A stretch of 64,000 nt of DNA from an uncultured Erysipelotrichaceae bacterium (GTDB taxonomy: Bacteria > Bacillota_I > Bacilli_A > Erysipelotrichales > Erysipelotrichaceae): NCBI GenBank assembly GCA_934725085.1, contig CAKVAL010000003.1:22894-86893 (forward strand). Reading direction: 5' to 3'. The notes below the pieces were generated by a model that was not told where the DNA came from, made no database searches, and worked only from the letters and a program-made list of their open reading frames with translations. The translations under genes and the position numbers were made by a program. The first letter of the stretch is position 1; every line of letters begins with the position of its first letter. Positions 43,524 through 53,823 of this stretch are shown in pieces.

Positions 43524-46011
43524 GAAGACTAAGGAAATAATTGAAAAGAATGTTGCTGAATCTTTAGATGACATCATGTCTTTAAGATTTGGTGCTTATT
43601 CAAAATATATCATTCAAGAAAGAGCTCTACCTGATGCTAGAGATGGTTTAAAGCCGGTACAAAGAAGAATTCTCTATTCTATGTATATGGATGGTAACAC
43701 TAGTGTTAAGCCTCATCGTAAGTCTGCAAAGGCTGTAGGTCAGGTCATGGGTATTTTCCATCCTCATGGTGACTCTAGTATTTATGAAGCTATGGTTAGA
43801 TTGTCTCAAGATTGGAAGAATAATCTAACTTTAATTGATATGCATGGTAATAACGGTTCTATCGATGATGACCCACCAGCTGCTTATCGTTATACCGAAG
43901 TAAGACTTGATAAGAATGCTGAAAAATTATTAAACGATATCGACAAGAATACTGTTACGATGACTAATAACTATGATGACTCAACGCTTGAACCAACGGT
44001 TTTACCTGCTAGTTACCCATTGCTATTAGTTAATGGTTCTACTGGTATTGCCTCAGGATATGCGACCAATATGGCACCACATAATTTAAATGAAATTGTA
44101 GATGCGACTATTTATCGTTTAAATAATCCTGAATGTAGTGTTGAAGACTTAATGGTCTTTGTCAAAGGGCCTGATTTCCCAACTGGTGGTATAGTACAAG
44201 GACTAGACAACATTAAAGAAGTCTTTAAAACAGGTAAGGGCAAAGTAGTCTTAAGAAGCAAGTGTGAAGTACTTAAGGGTAAGACTAATGACTCAATTGT
44301 TGTTACCGAGATTCCATATGAGGTAATTAAGTGTAATCTTGTAAAGAAAATTAACGATATTGCGATTAATAAAGATATTGAAGGCATTAGTGAAGTAAGA
44401 GATGAAAGTGGTCGTGATGGTTTAAAGATTGTCATTGAACTTAAGAAAGATGCTAATAGCGAGATGATATTGAATTATCTATATAAGAATACTGATTTAC
44501 AAATCAACTATTCTTACAATAATATCGCTATTGTTAATCATCGTCCTACTTTATTGTCTTTATCAGACGCCTTGGATGCCTTTATTGATTTTAGAAAACA
44601 AGTGGTTTTAAATCGTTCTGTTTATTTAAGAGATAAAAAGAAGGCTAGACTACATGTAATTGATGGTTTGATTAAGGCAGTTTCTATCTTGGATAGTGTT
44701 ATTGAAACGATTAGAAGATCTAATGATAAACAAGATTCTAAGATTAATTTGATGAATAACTTCTTATTCACAGAAGAACAGGCTGAGGCTATTGTAAATT
44801 TACGTTTATATCGTCTATCAAATACCGATATTGTGGCTTTAAAGGAAGAATGTTCTACTTTAATTAGAGAAATTTCAGAGCTTGAATCAATTATTAGTTC
44901 TAAAGAAATCTTAAAGTCTGTTTTAACAAAAGAATTAAAACAAGTTAATCTTGATAATATTACTCCTAGAAAGACTAAGATTGAAAACGAAGTTTCTGAC
45001 TTAGTTATTGATAAATTGGCAATGGTACCAAATGAATCTTGTTATATATCTTTGACAAGAGATGGTTATGTAAAAAGATTCTCTAAGCGTACTTTTGATG
45101 CAAACTTAAATAGCTTACCTTTTACTAAAGAAAGCGATGTACTACTCGGCATCAGTGCTTGTGAAACATTAGATACCTTATTAGTATTTACAAACAAGGG
45201 TAATTACTTATATATTCCGGTATATAAACTACAAGAATGTAAATATAAGGATATCGGTAAGCATGTTTCTACTTACGTTAAGCTAGAAGGAAATGAGAAG
45301 GTAGTAGGAGCTTTAATTGTTAAGAGTTTTGAGACTTATGCCTTTGTGGTCTTAGCTACTAAGAATGGCATGATTAAGAAAACTTCTATCCCTAAGTTTG
45401 ATATATCTAGATTCTCTAAGGCTATTCCAGCTATTAAATTAAAAGAGAATGATGAACTAGTAAGTGTTAACATCGCTTATGAAAATGATAATGTGGTTGT
45501 TGTTTCTAAGGATGGTAACTATAATCGTTATTCTTTAGAAATGTTAAGTGATATCGCTCCACGTGCTATGGGTGTTGGTGGTATCAATGTTAAAAATGAT
45601 GAGCTAGCTGGTGTTGCTATTGAACATAGTGGGCCAAATGAACTATTATTATGTTCTAATAAGGGTTATAAGCGAATTCATTTTGCTGATTTAGATTTTA
45701 CAAGTCGTAATGCCAAGGGTAATCGTTTATTTAAACAGACAAAAACTAATCCTTCTAGTATTATTGGTGTTAAGACGATTGCCAGTGATACATCTCTTAT
45801 CTATAATGATGAGAAGATGACAATCTTGCCAGCATCTAGTATTCCTTTTATGGGACTTGATGCAACTTTCTCAAGTGTTGGAGAAGTGCTACCTTTTATA
45901 AAAGATGATATGAGTGATATTCCTGTTGTGGATATGGTGATGATTCCTGAATCTTACTATAAACATGATGATGAAAACAAAGAGTATACACAAACGGATT
46001 TATTTGATTAG
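43516..46011 (+). CDS. parC: DNA topoisomerase IV subunit A
   Basis: Active-site region AAYRYTE. No GyrA-box (QRRGGKG) in the C-terminal domain. Follows parE. Confidence 0.85.
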   Translation: MAKKTKEIIEKNVAESLDDIMSLRFGAYSKYIIQERALPDARDGLKPVQRRILYSMYMDGNTSVKPHRKSAKAVGQVMGIFHPHGDSSIYEAMVRLSQDWKNNLTLIDMHGNNGSIDDDPPAAYRYTEVRLDKNAEKLLNDIDKNTVTMTNNYDDSTLEPTVLPASYPLLLVNGSTGIASGYATNMAPHNLNEIVDATIYRLNNPECSVEDLMVFVKGPDFPTGGIVQGLDNIKEVFKTGKGKVVLRSKCEVLKGKTNDSIVVTEIPYEVIKCNLVKKINDIAINKDIEGISEVRDESGRDGLKIVIELKKDANSEMILNYLYKNTDLQINYSYNNIAIVNHRPTLLSLSDALDAFIDFRKQVVLNRSVYLRDKKKARLHVIDGLIKAVSILDSVIETIRRSNDKQDSKINLMNNFLFTEEQAEAIVNLRLYRLSNTDIVALKEECSTLIREISELESIISSKEILKSVLTKELKQVNLDNITPRKTKIENEVSDLVIDKLAMVPNESCYISLTRDGYVKRFSKRTFDANLNSLPFTKESDVLLGISACETLDTLLVFTNKGNYLYIPVYKLQECKYKDIGKHVSTYVKLEGNEKVVGALIVKSFETYAFVVLATKNGMIKKTSIPKFDISRFSKAIPAIKLKENDELVSVNIAYENDNVVVVSKDGNYNRYSLEMLSDIAPRAMGVGGINVKNDELAGVAIEHSGPNELLLCSNKGYKRIHFADLDFTSRNAKGNRLFKQTKTNPSSIIGVKTIASDTSLIYNDEKMTILPASSIPFMGLDATFSSVGEVLPFIKDDMSDIPVVDMVMIPESYYKHDDENKEYTQTDLFD

Positions 46012-46012
46012 T

Positions 46013-46510
46013 ATGAGTATTTTTAGACCAAATTTATTGATTAAAAAGTATGATGATTTAGATATTGAAGACCTAAAAAATAGGGGCTTTGATACTGTCT
46101 TTTTGGATGTTGATAATACTATCACTCCATATTTTGTGAAGATTCCTGATGCGAAGGCCAAGGCCTTTGTTCAAATGCTTAAGGACAATGGCTTTCATGT
46201 GATTGTGGTATCTAATAATACCGATGAAAGAGTAAAAGAGGTTGCTAGTTCAATTGGTTGTGAATATATCTGTTGGGCACTTAAACCATTACCTTTTAAG
46301 GCTAATGCCTTGATTAAAAAACATCATTTAGATAAGTCTAAAGTGTTTATCATGGGTGATCAATTATTGACTGATGTCTTGTGTGGTAAGCTAACAGGTA
46401 TTTATGCGATTTATGTAAAGCCAATCAGTGAGGTTGATAGTTTTACAACTAAGATTAATAGAAAAATAGAAAGGTTTATATTTAAACATATTCTGCATGA
46501 AAAAGTGTAA
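46013..46510 (+). CDS. yqeG: YqeG-family HAD phosphatase
   Basis: FLDVDNTI DxD motif. Head of the conserved yqe cluster. The ATG at 46013 is preferred. Confidence 0.85.
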   Translation: MSIFRPNLLIKKYDDLDIEDLKNRGFDTVFLDVDNTITPYFVKIPDAKAKAFVQMLKDNGFHVIVVSNNTDERVKEVASSIGCEYICWALKPLPFKANALIKKHHLDKSKVFIMGDQLLTDVLCGKLTGIYAIYVKPISEVDSFTTKINRKIERFIFKHILHEKV

Positions 46511-47525
46511 AGGTTGTGGAGAGATTCTCCAATATGAACATAAAAATATGCTAGGTTATGCGCCTGGTGAAGACTTTGATTATTGTCAAAGATGTTTTCG
46601 TTTGACTCATTATGGTGATACTTCTAAGGTAAGTAAAAAATTCACTTCTAATGATGATATTATCGAAAGCTATAAACATATCAACGATGCTTTATTTGTG
46701 TTGATTGCGGATGCTTTTGATGCCTTGTTTTTAGATCAAGATTATCTATTAGATATTTTTAAGGATAAGAAATTATTGTTGATTATCAATAAGATTGATT
46801 TATTACCTAAAAACATCAACGATAATAAGATAAGCGACTTATATCTTGATGTCTTAAAGAAGTGTAACAATATCAATTGTCTATTAACTTATAAGAATGA
46901 TACTACTTTCAATGATTTATTCTTTGAAATTTTAGAAGAAAGCGGTATGTCTAAGGTTGTATTTGCTGGTAGAGCTAATGTAGGTAAGTCTAGTTTGATT
47001 AATAAATTAATCGAGAATCAAGAACTTACTACTTCTATTTATCCAGGTACTACTTTAAAGGTTAATGAGATTACTTACAAGGATTATCTATTTATTGATA
47101 CTGCTGGTTTGATTGATGATGAATCTTTCTTATCACATTTAGATAATAAGAATATCAAGAAGTTATTACCTTTAAAGACTATTAAAAGACAAATTTTCCA
47201 ATTATATGAGAATCAATCTTATGTGATTAATGGATTATTGAAAATTGATGTTTTACCTAAGGGGAACGCATCAATTGAGTTTATGGTAGAAAACAACCTA
47301 ATAATACATAGAACAAAGTTAGAGAACAGTGAACGTTATTTCAAGAATAATTGTATAAAAGATCCACTAAGACTTTTACCTTTAAAGGCAAATGAATTTG
47401 ATTTAGATGGTATTAAGTTATTTTACTTAAAGGGACTAGGTCTAATTAAAGTAAAGGGCTCTGGTAAAGTTGTAGTGAATGTTAATGATAAAATAAAAAT
47501 ATATACAAGTGAGGTTAATTTATAA
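46497..47525 (+). CDS. yqeH: ribosome biogenesis GTPase YqeH
   Basis: N-terminal CxxC...CxxC zinc finger and circularly permuted GTPase motifs (NKIDL ... GRANVGKSS). Confidence 0.88.
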   Translation: MKKCKGCGEILQYEHKNMLGYAPGEDFDYCQRCFRLTHYGDTSKVSKKFTSNDDIIESYKHINDALFVLIADAFDALFLDQDYLLDIFKDKKLLLIINKIDLLPKNINDNKISDLYLDVLKKCNNINCLLTYKNDTTFNDLFFEILEESGMSKVVFAGRANVGKSSLINKLIENQELTTSIYPGTTLKVNEITYKDYLFIDTAGLIDDESFLSHLDNKNIKKLLPLKTIKRQIFQLYENQSYVINGLLKIDVLPKGNASIEFMVENNLIIHRTKLENSERYFKNNCIKDPLRLLPLKANEFDLDGIKLFYLKGLGLIKVKGSGKVVVNVNDKIKIYTSEVNL

Positions 47526-47812
47526 TGTTAAGTGGTAAGCAAAAAAGATATTTAAGAGCATTAGCGAATGATTTAAATAGTACTTTCCAAATTGGTAAAG
47601 AAGGTTTAAGTGATAATCTTTTAAGTGGAATTAGTGATTATTTAAAGGCTAATGAACTAGTAAAAGTCTCAGTGTTAAAAAGCTGTGACACAAGTATTAA
47701 TGAGATAGAAATCGATGTATGTTCAGCTTGTAAGTGCGAACTAGTTCAATGTATTGGTCGTACATTGATTTTCTATAGAAGAAGTAAGGAACATAAGATT
47801 GTATTACCATGA
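47525..47812 (+). CDS. yhbY: YhbY/CRS1-family RNA-binding protein
   Basis: LSGKQKRYLRALANDL...FQIGKEGL signature. Confidence 0.88.
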   Translation: MLSGKQKRYLRALANDLNSTFQIGKEGLSDNLLSGISDYLKANELVKVSVLKSCDTSINEIEIDVCSACKCELVQCIGRTLIFYRRSKEHKIVLP

Positions 47813-48366
47813 GTAAACAAATAGACGATTTCTATAAATTAACCAGTAAACAAAGGAAGTATATCTTAAATGATTTTGAGGTTTTAGAAGATTTGGTTAA
47901 GACCAATTTATCAGAATATAGATATATCCATACTTTAGGGGTAGCTAAGCTTGCTAAAGAATTAGCTTGTTATCACAATATTGATCCAAATAAGGCCTAT
48001 ATGGCTGGTTTGTTTCATGATTTGACTAAGGAACTATCAAATGAACAACAAGATGAATATTTGAGATATTATGATCCTGATAAGCTTAATTATCCTGAAA
48101 AGGTTAAACATTCTTTTACTTGTAAGTATTACTTAAGGGAGAAGTTTCATCTCCATGATAGTGATGTTTTGAATGCTATCTATAATCATACAATTTGTAA
48201 GTCCAATGATAAGTTGTCACTGATTTTGTATGTAGCAGATAAAAGAGAAGAGAATCGTCATATTGATGATGAGGTTGTTGAGATTGCTAAATATGATTTA
48301 AAGAAGGCAATAAGAACTTTAAGAGAAAAGTGGGAAGAAACTAAGAATAATGGAATTAAAGGATAA
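47809..48366 (+). CDS. yqeK: HD-domain bis(5'-nucleosyl)-tetraphosphatase YqeK
   Basis: RYIHTLGV...GLFHDLTKE HD motif. Cluster position. Confidence 0.85.
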   Translation: MSKQIDDFYKLTSKQRKYILNDFEVLEDLVKTNLSEYRYIHTLGVAKLAKELACYHNIDPNKAYMAGLFHDLTKELSNEQQDEYLRYYDPDKLNYPEKVKHSFTCKYYLREKFHLHDSDVLNAIYNHTICKSNDKLSLILYVADKREENRHIDDEVVEIAKYDLKKAIRTLREKWEETKNNGIKG

Positions 48367-48673
48367 AATTGTCGCATTGTTGGATGAGAAACAAATAGAA
48401 GATATCACTGTAATTGATTTTAAGGATAATAGTCCTTATCTTGATTATTTTGTGATTGGTACGGCTAGAAATGGTCGTATGGCTAAGGCTACTATTTCTT
48501 ATTTAGAAGATCTTTGTGAAAAAGAAGGTGTTTCTTATCGTAATAGTTATAATGATGATGAAAGTAAGTGGTACTTATTTGATGCAGGTAGTGTAGTTGT
48601 TCACTTATTCTTTGATGGTGAACGTGAGAAGTATAATTTAGAGGGCTTATGGAAGGATCTAATAAAGAAGTAA
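48350..48673 (+). CDS. rsfS: ribosome silencing factor RsfS
   Basis: DITVIDFK...DYFVIGT signature. Confidence 0.9.
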   Translation: MELKDKIVALLDEKQIEDITVIDFKDNSPYLDYFVIGTARNGRMAKATISYLEDLCEKEGVSYRNSYNDDESKWYLFDAGSVVVHLFFDGEREKYNLEGLWKDLIKK

Positions 48674-49347
48674 AAGAATATGAATATTTAGCTAAATATT
48701 ATGATTATCTATTAGGTGATGAAGAAGCCTTTGATTTTTGGCTAGAATATATCAACGCCAAGGATTATCATACTGTTTTAGAATTGGCATCAGGTTCTGG
48801 TGTATTAGCTGGTATTTTAAAGAAACAAGGAAAAGAAGTGACTGCTTCAGATATTTCTAAAGAAATGAAAGAGGTTGCCACAAATAACTTTGATGGTGAA
48901 TATTTAATCTTAAATATGATTGATTTTGATTTGCACAAGAAGTATGATTTGATTCTTTGTGTTTGTGATTCAATCAATTATTTATATGAAGAAGAACTAG
49001 AACAAATGTTTAAAAGTGTATATAAACACTTAAATGATGGTGGCCGTTTTATCTTTGATATGCATAATCCTAAACGTTTAAAAGAGTTTGATGAAGAATA
49101 TATCGAAGAAGGCCAAATTGATGAAAATGTTTATTATCAATGGACTATTAATTCAGATACTTTTGATAGAACTGTTAATGAACATTTTACTTTCTATACA
49201 CCAGAGGGGATGATTCAAGAACAACATACTCAAAATGTTTTTGAACCTAGTGTTGTTAAAGAGAAATTAGAGTCTGTCGGGCTCGAATCTGAAGTGGTGA
49301 TGGATTTCATTGAAGATGAAAAGATTTTATTTATTGGTACCAAGTAA
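48649..49347 (+). CDS. class I SAM-dependent methyltransferase (YqeM-like)
   Basis: LELASGSGVLAG SAM motif I. Cluster position after rsfS. Confidence 0.8.
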   Translation: MEGSNKEVKEYEYLAKYYDYLLGDEEAFDFWLEYINAKDYHTVLELASGSGVLAGILKKQGKEVTASDISKEMKEVATNNFDGEYLILNMIDFDLHKKYDLILCVCDSINYLYEEELEQMFKSVYKHLNDGGRFIFDMHNPKRLKEFDEEYIEEGQIDENVYYQWTINSDTFDRTVNEHFTFYTPEGMIQEQHTQNVFEPSVVKEKLESVGLESEVVMDFIEDEKILFIGTK

Positions 49348-49844
49348 TGAAAATATATAAGGAAGCTTATTTTGATCGTAACGCATGGTTACTTGATAAT
49401 ATGGATAAACTAAATGTTAGTCATTTAGAATTTTTAGTGTTATTGGTAATTAATTTTTGTCAGGAACACAATAAAGAAATAAGCTTAGATTTTTTATGTG
49501 AAAAATTACAAGTTAGTCCAAATGATTTAGATAAAGCTTTAGCTTCTTTAAGTGGCAAAGGGTATTTACGTATAGATATCAATGAAAAGGGGATTTGTTA
49601 CGACATAGATGGTGTTTTTGATTTTGATATAGTTAAATATGATGAAGTTGAAAATAACGATATCTATGATGCGGTTGAGGCATTTCTAAGTAGACCTCTA
49701 ACACCAATTGATAAGATGAAGACAGCTGAATTGTTGGAAAACTATAGTGAGGATGCCATTCAAGATGCGATTAGAATGGCTTGCGCTTATCGTAAGTATA
49801 ACTTGGCTTATGTAGAGACAATATTAAGAAATGATAAAGGCTGA
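49347..49844 (+). CDS. dnaD: DnaD-domain replication initiation protein
   Basis: The C-terminal DnaD/DnaB_2-like region (ENYSEDAIQDAIRMACAYRKYNLAYVETILRN) and its adjacency to nth match B. subtilis. Confidence 0.6.
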   Translation: MKIYKEAYFDRNAWLLDNMDKLNVSHLEFLVLLVINFCQEHNKEISLDFLCEKLQVSPNDLDKALASLSGKGYLRIDINEKGICYDIDGVFDFDIVKYDEVENNDIYDAVEAFLSRPLTPIDKMKTAELLENYSEDAIQDAIRMACAYRKYNLAYVETILRNDKG

Positions 49845-50451
49845 TTATATTATTAAATCTTTGGATGAATTGTATCCAGATGCTCATTGTGAATTAAATT
49901 ATAAAAGTAACTTTGAACTTTTGATTGCGGTTGTTTTGAGTGCTCAAACAACCGATATAAAGGTAAATAAAGTTACTAAAGTTTTATTTGATAAGTATCC
50001 TGATGTTTTTAGTTTGGCTTGTGCTAACTTGAACGATGTTGAAGAAATCATTAAACCTCTAGGTCTATATCACAACAAGGCTAAGAATATTATTAACTTG
50101 TCAAAAGTTTTAGTTGATAAATATAATGGCGAAGTAATAAATGATCGAAAGTTTTTAGAATCATTAAGTGGTGTAGGGCATAAGAGTGCTAATATTGTTT
50201 TAAATAATTGTTTTGGTGTGCCTGCTTTTGCGGTAGATACCCATGTTTCTAGGGTTTCTGAAAGACTTGGTATAGCAAACAAAGATGATGATGTAAAGAA
50301 AATAGAAGAAAAACTGATGGCCTATTTCCCTAAAACATTGTGGGGGAAATTACACCATCAGTTCATATTCTTTGGTAGATATAAATGTAAGGCTATTAAA
50401 CCAGACTGTATAAATTGTCCGTTTAACGACCTTTGTGATAAAGCTTCTTAG
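49831..50451 (+). CDS. nth: endonuclease III
   Basis: HhH-GPD region (LSGVGHKSANIV) and a C-terminal 4Fe-4S cluster loop C-x6-C-x2-C-x5-C. Confidence 0.92.
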   Translation: MIKADYIIKSLDELYPDAHCELNYKSNFELLIAVVLSAQTTDIKVNKVTKVLFDKYPDVFSLACANLNDVEEIIKPLGLYHNKAKNIINLSKVLVDKYNGEVINDRKFLESLSGVGHKSANIVLNNCFGVPAFAVDTHVSRVSERLGIANKDDDVKKIEEKLMAYFPKTLWGKLHHQFIFFGRYKCKAIKPDCINCPFNDLCDKAS

Positions 50452-51907
50452 TTTGATAAATTGGGTTCATGGTTACATTCATACCCAATTTTTTAAATGT
50501 GTTTGTATCAACTTCACTCAAGATTACAGTTGAATGTACTTCAGCATATTTTAGATTACTCAAACCAATCATCGCTCTTTGGCATGAATATGAAGTTTGA
50601 GAACCAATCGCTAGGGCAATCAATACTTCATCTGTATGTAAACGAGGATTATTACCGTTTAAATATTGAGTCTTTAACTCTTGAATTGGTTCAATAATCT
50701 TAGGCGAGAACAATTCAATATCAGGTAGACCAGCTGCAATCTTAGCAGCATTTAATAAGACAGCACTACTAGCACCCATCAACTTACTAGTCTTACCAGT
50801 AACAATAGTTCCATCAACCAATTCAATGGCTGTAACTGGTTCACCAGTCTTTTTAGCTAATTCATTGGCAACCACAGCTACTTTTCTATCATCTTTTGAA
50901 ATGTTAGATTTAGTTAAGATATTTTCTAGCTTATTGATGACGTTTTCATCAATCTTATCATGAACATAATCGACTTGAGCTTGGTAACATCTTCTAATAA
51001 TTTCTTGATTACTTGCTTCTCTACATGCCTCATCATCACTGATGCAATAGCCAACCATATTAACGCCCATATCAGTAGGTGATTTATAGATGCATTCGCC
51101 GATTACCTTAGTTAATAGGTTATTTAATACTGGGAAGGCTTCAACATCTCTGTTATAGTTAATTGCCACCTTGCCATATTCTTGTAAATGGAAAGGGTCA
51201 ATCATATTAACATCGCTTAGATTAGCCGTAGCAGCCTCATAAGCTAAATTAACTGGATGGTTTAAAGGTAAGTTCCAAACAGGGAAGGTTTCAAACTTAG
51301 CATAACCAGATTTAATATCATGAAGATTATCGTGATAGATTTGTGAAAGGGCAACTGCCATCTTGCCACTACCTGGTCCTGGTGCTGTAACAACCACGAT
51401 TTCCTTGTTGGTCTCTAAATATTCATTCTTACCAAAGCCATCTTTAGATAAAATCCTGTCGATGTCATTTGGATAGTTTTCTATTTTATAGTGATAAGCA
51501 CATTTAATTCCTGATTTCTCTAATTTCTTTCTTAATTTAGTAGCTTCACTTTGTTTTGCATATTGTGTAATAACAACACCACCAATAGCTAATTCGGCCA
51601 CCTTGAAGGCATCGATTAGTCTAAATAAGTCTTGGCTATAGGTAATGCCTATATCGCTACGCATCTTGTGCTTTTCGATATCGTTGGCGTTGATTACTAA
51701 AATCATTTCAGCTCTATCTTTGATATTTAGAAGCATTTTGATCTTAGTATCCGGCATAAAGCCTGGCAATACTCTTGATGCGTGATAGTCATCGAATAAT
51801 TTGCCGCCAAATTCGATATATAGTCGATTGAATTTTTTTACTCTTTCGTAAATACTCTCAGATTGTAATTTAATGTACTTTTCGTTGTCAAATCCTATTT
51901 TTCTCAT
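50423..51907 (-). CDS. DUF1846 / UPF0371 family protein
   Basis: MRKIGFDNEKYIKLQSE...FGGKLFDDYHASRVLPGF matches the UPF0371 N-terminus. The ATG at 51907 is preferred over the GTG at 51913. Confidence 0.8.
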   Translation of the reverse strand: MRKIGFDNEKYIKLQSESIYERVKKFNRLYIEFGGKLFDDYHASRVLPGFMPDTKIKMLLNIKDRAEMILVINANDIEKHKMRSDIGITYSQDLFRLIDAFKVAELAIGGVVITQYAKQSEATKLRKKLEKSGIKCAYHYKIENYPNDIDRILSKDGFGKNEYLETNKEIVVVTAPGPGSGKMAVALSQIYHDNLHDIKSGYAKFETFPVWNLPLNHPVNLAYEAATANLSDVNMIDPFHLQEYGKVAINYNRDVEAFPVLNNLLTKVIGECIYKSPTDMGVNMVGYCISDDEACREASNQEIIRRCYQAQVDYVHDKIDENVINKLENILTKSNISKDDRKVAVVANELAKKTGEPVTAIELVDGTIVTGKTSKLMGASSAVLLNAAKIAAGLPDIELFSPKIIEPIQELKTQYLNGNNPRLHTDEVLIALAIGSQTSYSCQRAMIGLSNLKYAEVHSTVILSEVDTNTFKKLGMNVTMNPIYQTKKLYHKGR

Positions 51908-51936
51908 GTTCACTATTATATATTAGATAAACAAAT

Positions 51937-51962
51937 AAAAACGATGAAGTTGTCTTCATCGT
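51937..51962 (-). terminator. intrinsic terminator after the flavodiiron gene
   Basis: Minus strand ACGATGAAG-acaa-CTTCATCGT followed by TTTTATTTG. It abuts the stop codon. Confidence 0.75.
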
Positions 51963-53741
51963 CTAAAGTTTTTCAAAATCAGCGACACCATGCTTACATA
52001 ATGGACAAATAAAATCAGGTGGTAGTTCTTCTCCTTCGTAGATATAACCACAAACCTTACATACCCATCCTTTTTTGCCTTCAGTATTAACACTAGGTTT
52101 TATATGTTTATAGTAATAATCATAAGTTAATGATTCACTATCACTTAAGGTCTTCGCATCACTTATTTCACAAATAAACATGCCATGAGTTCCTAAATCG
52201 ACATAATCTTTAACTACCAAAGAGAAGTAAGCATTGATGTGCTTGTTTAAACGTAATAAGCCATTTTCACATCTTGTGACATCGCTATAGTCTTTGAATT
52301 TATCGACTGTCTTACCACTATTGAAGCCAAATAATTTAATCAAAGAGAATGGGGTATTGATATCTAAGCAGTTAACATTCATCTTACCTGTTTTTTTAAT
52401 CACATCAAAAGAATAGTTAGCTTTATTGATATTAACCATTACTCTATTTGGTTCTACTGTTAATTGAGATACGGTATTAACGATCAAGCCATTATCTTTA
52501 TTACCATCGTTACTTGTGATGACATATAATCCATAACCAATTTTATTTAATGCTGAATAGTCTTTTTCTTCATTGCTTAAGGCTAATTTATCTTGACACA
52601 ATACATTTACCATGTCGTCTATTTGTTTAATAGAAGTTTCATTTAAGGCAGAGGTAATACTTACTTTTTGACTTAAAATATTGATATTTTTAGATTTTTC
52701 AAACATAGTTTCCATGATTCTATTGGCCATAGGAGCCCAAGATCCATTTTCCATTAAACCAATGGTCTTATTTGAAAAGTTTCTTTCAGTTAAATGTTCG
52801 ATAAATTCTCTCATAAAAGGGAAGATATCGGCATTATATGTTGTAGTAGCAAGAATAATCTTATTATAGTTGAAGGCATCACTTACCGCATAAGACATAT
52901 CGCATCTTGCTAAGTCATATGTTTTAACGTTTGCGCCATGTTTCTTTAACTTTTCAACCAATAAGTCAACAGCTTTCTTGGTATGACCATATATGGATGT
53001 GTAACATACTAAGATACCATCTTCCTTATAATCGTAGTTTGCCCAAGTATTGTATAGTCCTAAATAATAAGAAAGATTATCTTTTAATACAGGGCCATGT
53101 AGTGGACAAATCTTTTCGATGTCTAATGTAGAAGCTTTTTCCAAAAGGTTAGCTACTTGTTTACCATATTTTCCTACGATACCAATATAATATCTTCTAG
53201 CTTCATTTTCCCAATCTTCTTTAGTATCCAAGGCACCAAATTTGCCAAAGCCATCAGCTGAGAATAAGACTTTATCGGTTTCATCATAAGTTACCATTAC
53301 TTCAGGCCAGTGTACCATTGGTGCAGCTACAAAGTGTAACTTATGTTTGCCTAAGTCCAAAGAATCTCCTTCTTTGATGACTATTCTATTTTCTTCAAAA
53401 CTTTTATTAAAGAAGTTATTAATCATCTTAAATGCTTTATCACTTGATACGACGATAGTATCTGGATACTTGTCTAGTAAGTATAGAATACTAGCACTGT
53501 GGTCAGGTTCCATGTGTTGAATGATTAAGTAGTCTGGTTTCTTATCGCCTAAGACGTTCTTTAAGTTGTTGAACCATTCATCGCTAAAGTTTTTGTCTAC
53601 TGTGTCCATGATGGCAATCTTATTATCTAAGATTACATAAGAATTGTATGAGATACCATTTGGCACCTTGTATTGTCCTTCGAATAAATCAATTTTGTGG
53701 TCGTTCACACCTATGTATTTGATGTCGTTTGTGATTTCCAT
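51963..53741 (-). CDS. multidomain flavodiiron protein: metallo-beta-lactamase diiron core, flavodoxin, flavin-reductase-like domain and rubredoxin
   Basis: HMEPDHS diiron motif. Flavodoxin region (ILVCYTSIYGHTKK). Flavin_Reduct-like region (YGLYVITSNDG...NGLIVNTVSQ). C-terminal CKVCGYIY...CPLCKH rubredoxin. Confidence 0.85.
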   Translation of the reverse strand: MEITNDIKYIGVNDHKIDLFEGQYKVPNGISYNSYVILDNKIAIMDTVDKNFSDEWFNNLKNVLGDKKPDYLIIQHMEPDHSASILYLLDKYPDTIVVSSDKAFKMINNFFNKSFEENRIVIKEGDSLDLGKHKLHFVAAPMVHWPEVMVTYDETDKVLFSADGFGKFGALDTKEDWENEARRYYIGIVGKYGKQVANLLEKASTLDIEKICPLHGPVLKDNLSYYLGLYNTWANYDYKEDGILVCYTSIYGHTKKAVDLLVEKLKKHGANVKTYDLARCDMSYAVSDAFNYNKIILATTTYNADIFPFMREFIEHLTERNFSNKTIGLMENGSWAPMANRIMETMFEKSKNINILSQKVSITSALNETSIKQIDDMVNVLCQDKLALSNEEKDYSALNKIGYGLYVITSNDGNKDNGLIVNTVSQLTVEPNRVMVNINKANYSFDVIKKTGKMNVNCLDINTPFSLIKLFGFNSGKTVDKFKDYSDVTRCENGLLRLNKHINAYFSLVVKDYVDLGTHGMFICEISDAKTLSDSESLTYDYYYKHIKPSVNTEGKKGWVCKVCGYIYEGEELPPDFICPLCKHGVADFEKL

Positions 53742-53823
53742 ATGAAAAAATCTCCTTTCTATAATTATATCGAATTCTTTGATTAAGCTTGAAATAATAC
53801 TTCAAATAGGTAACAATTTATTT

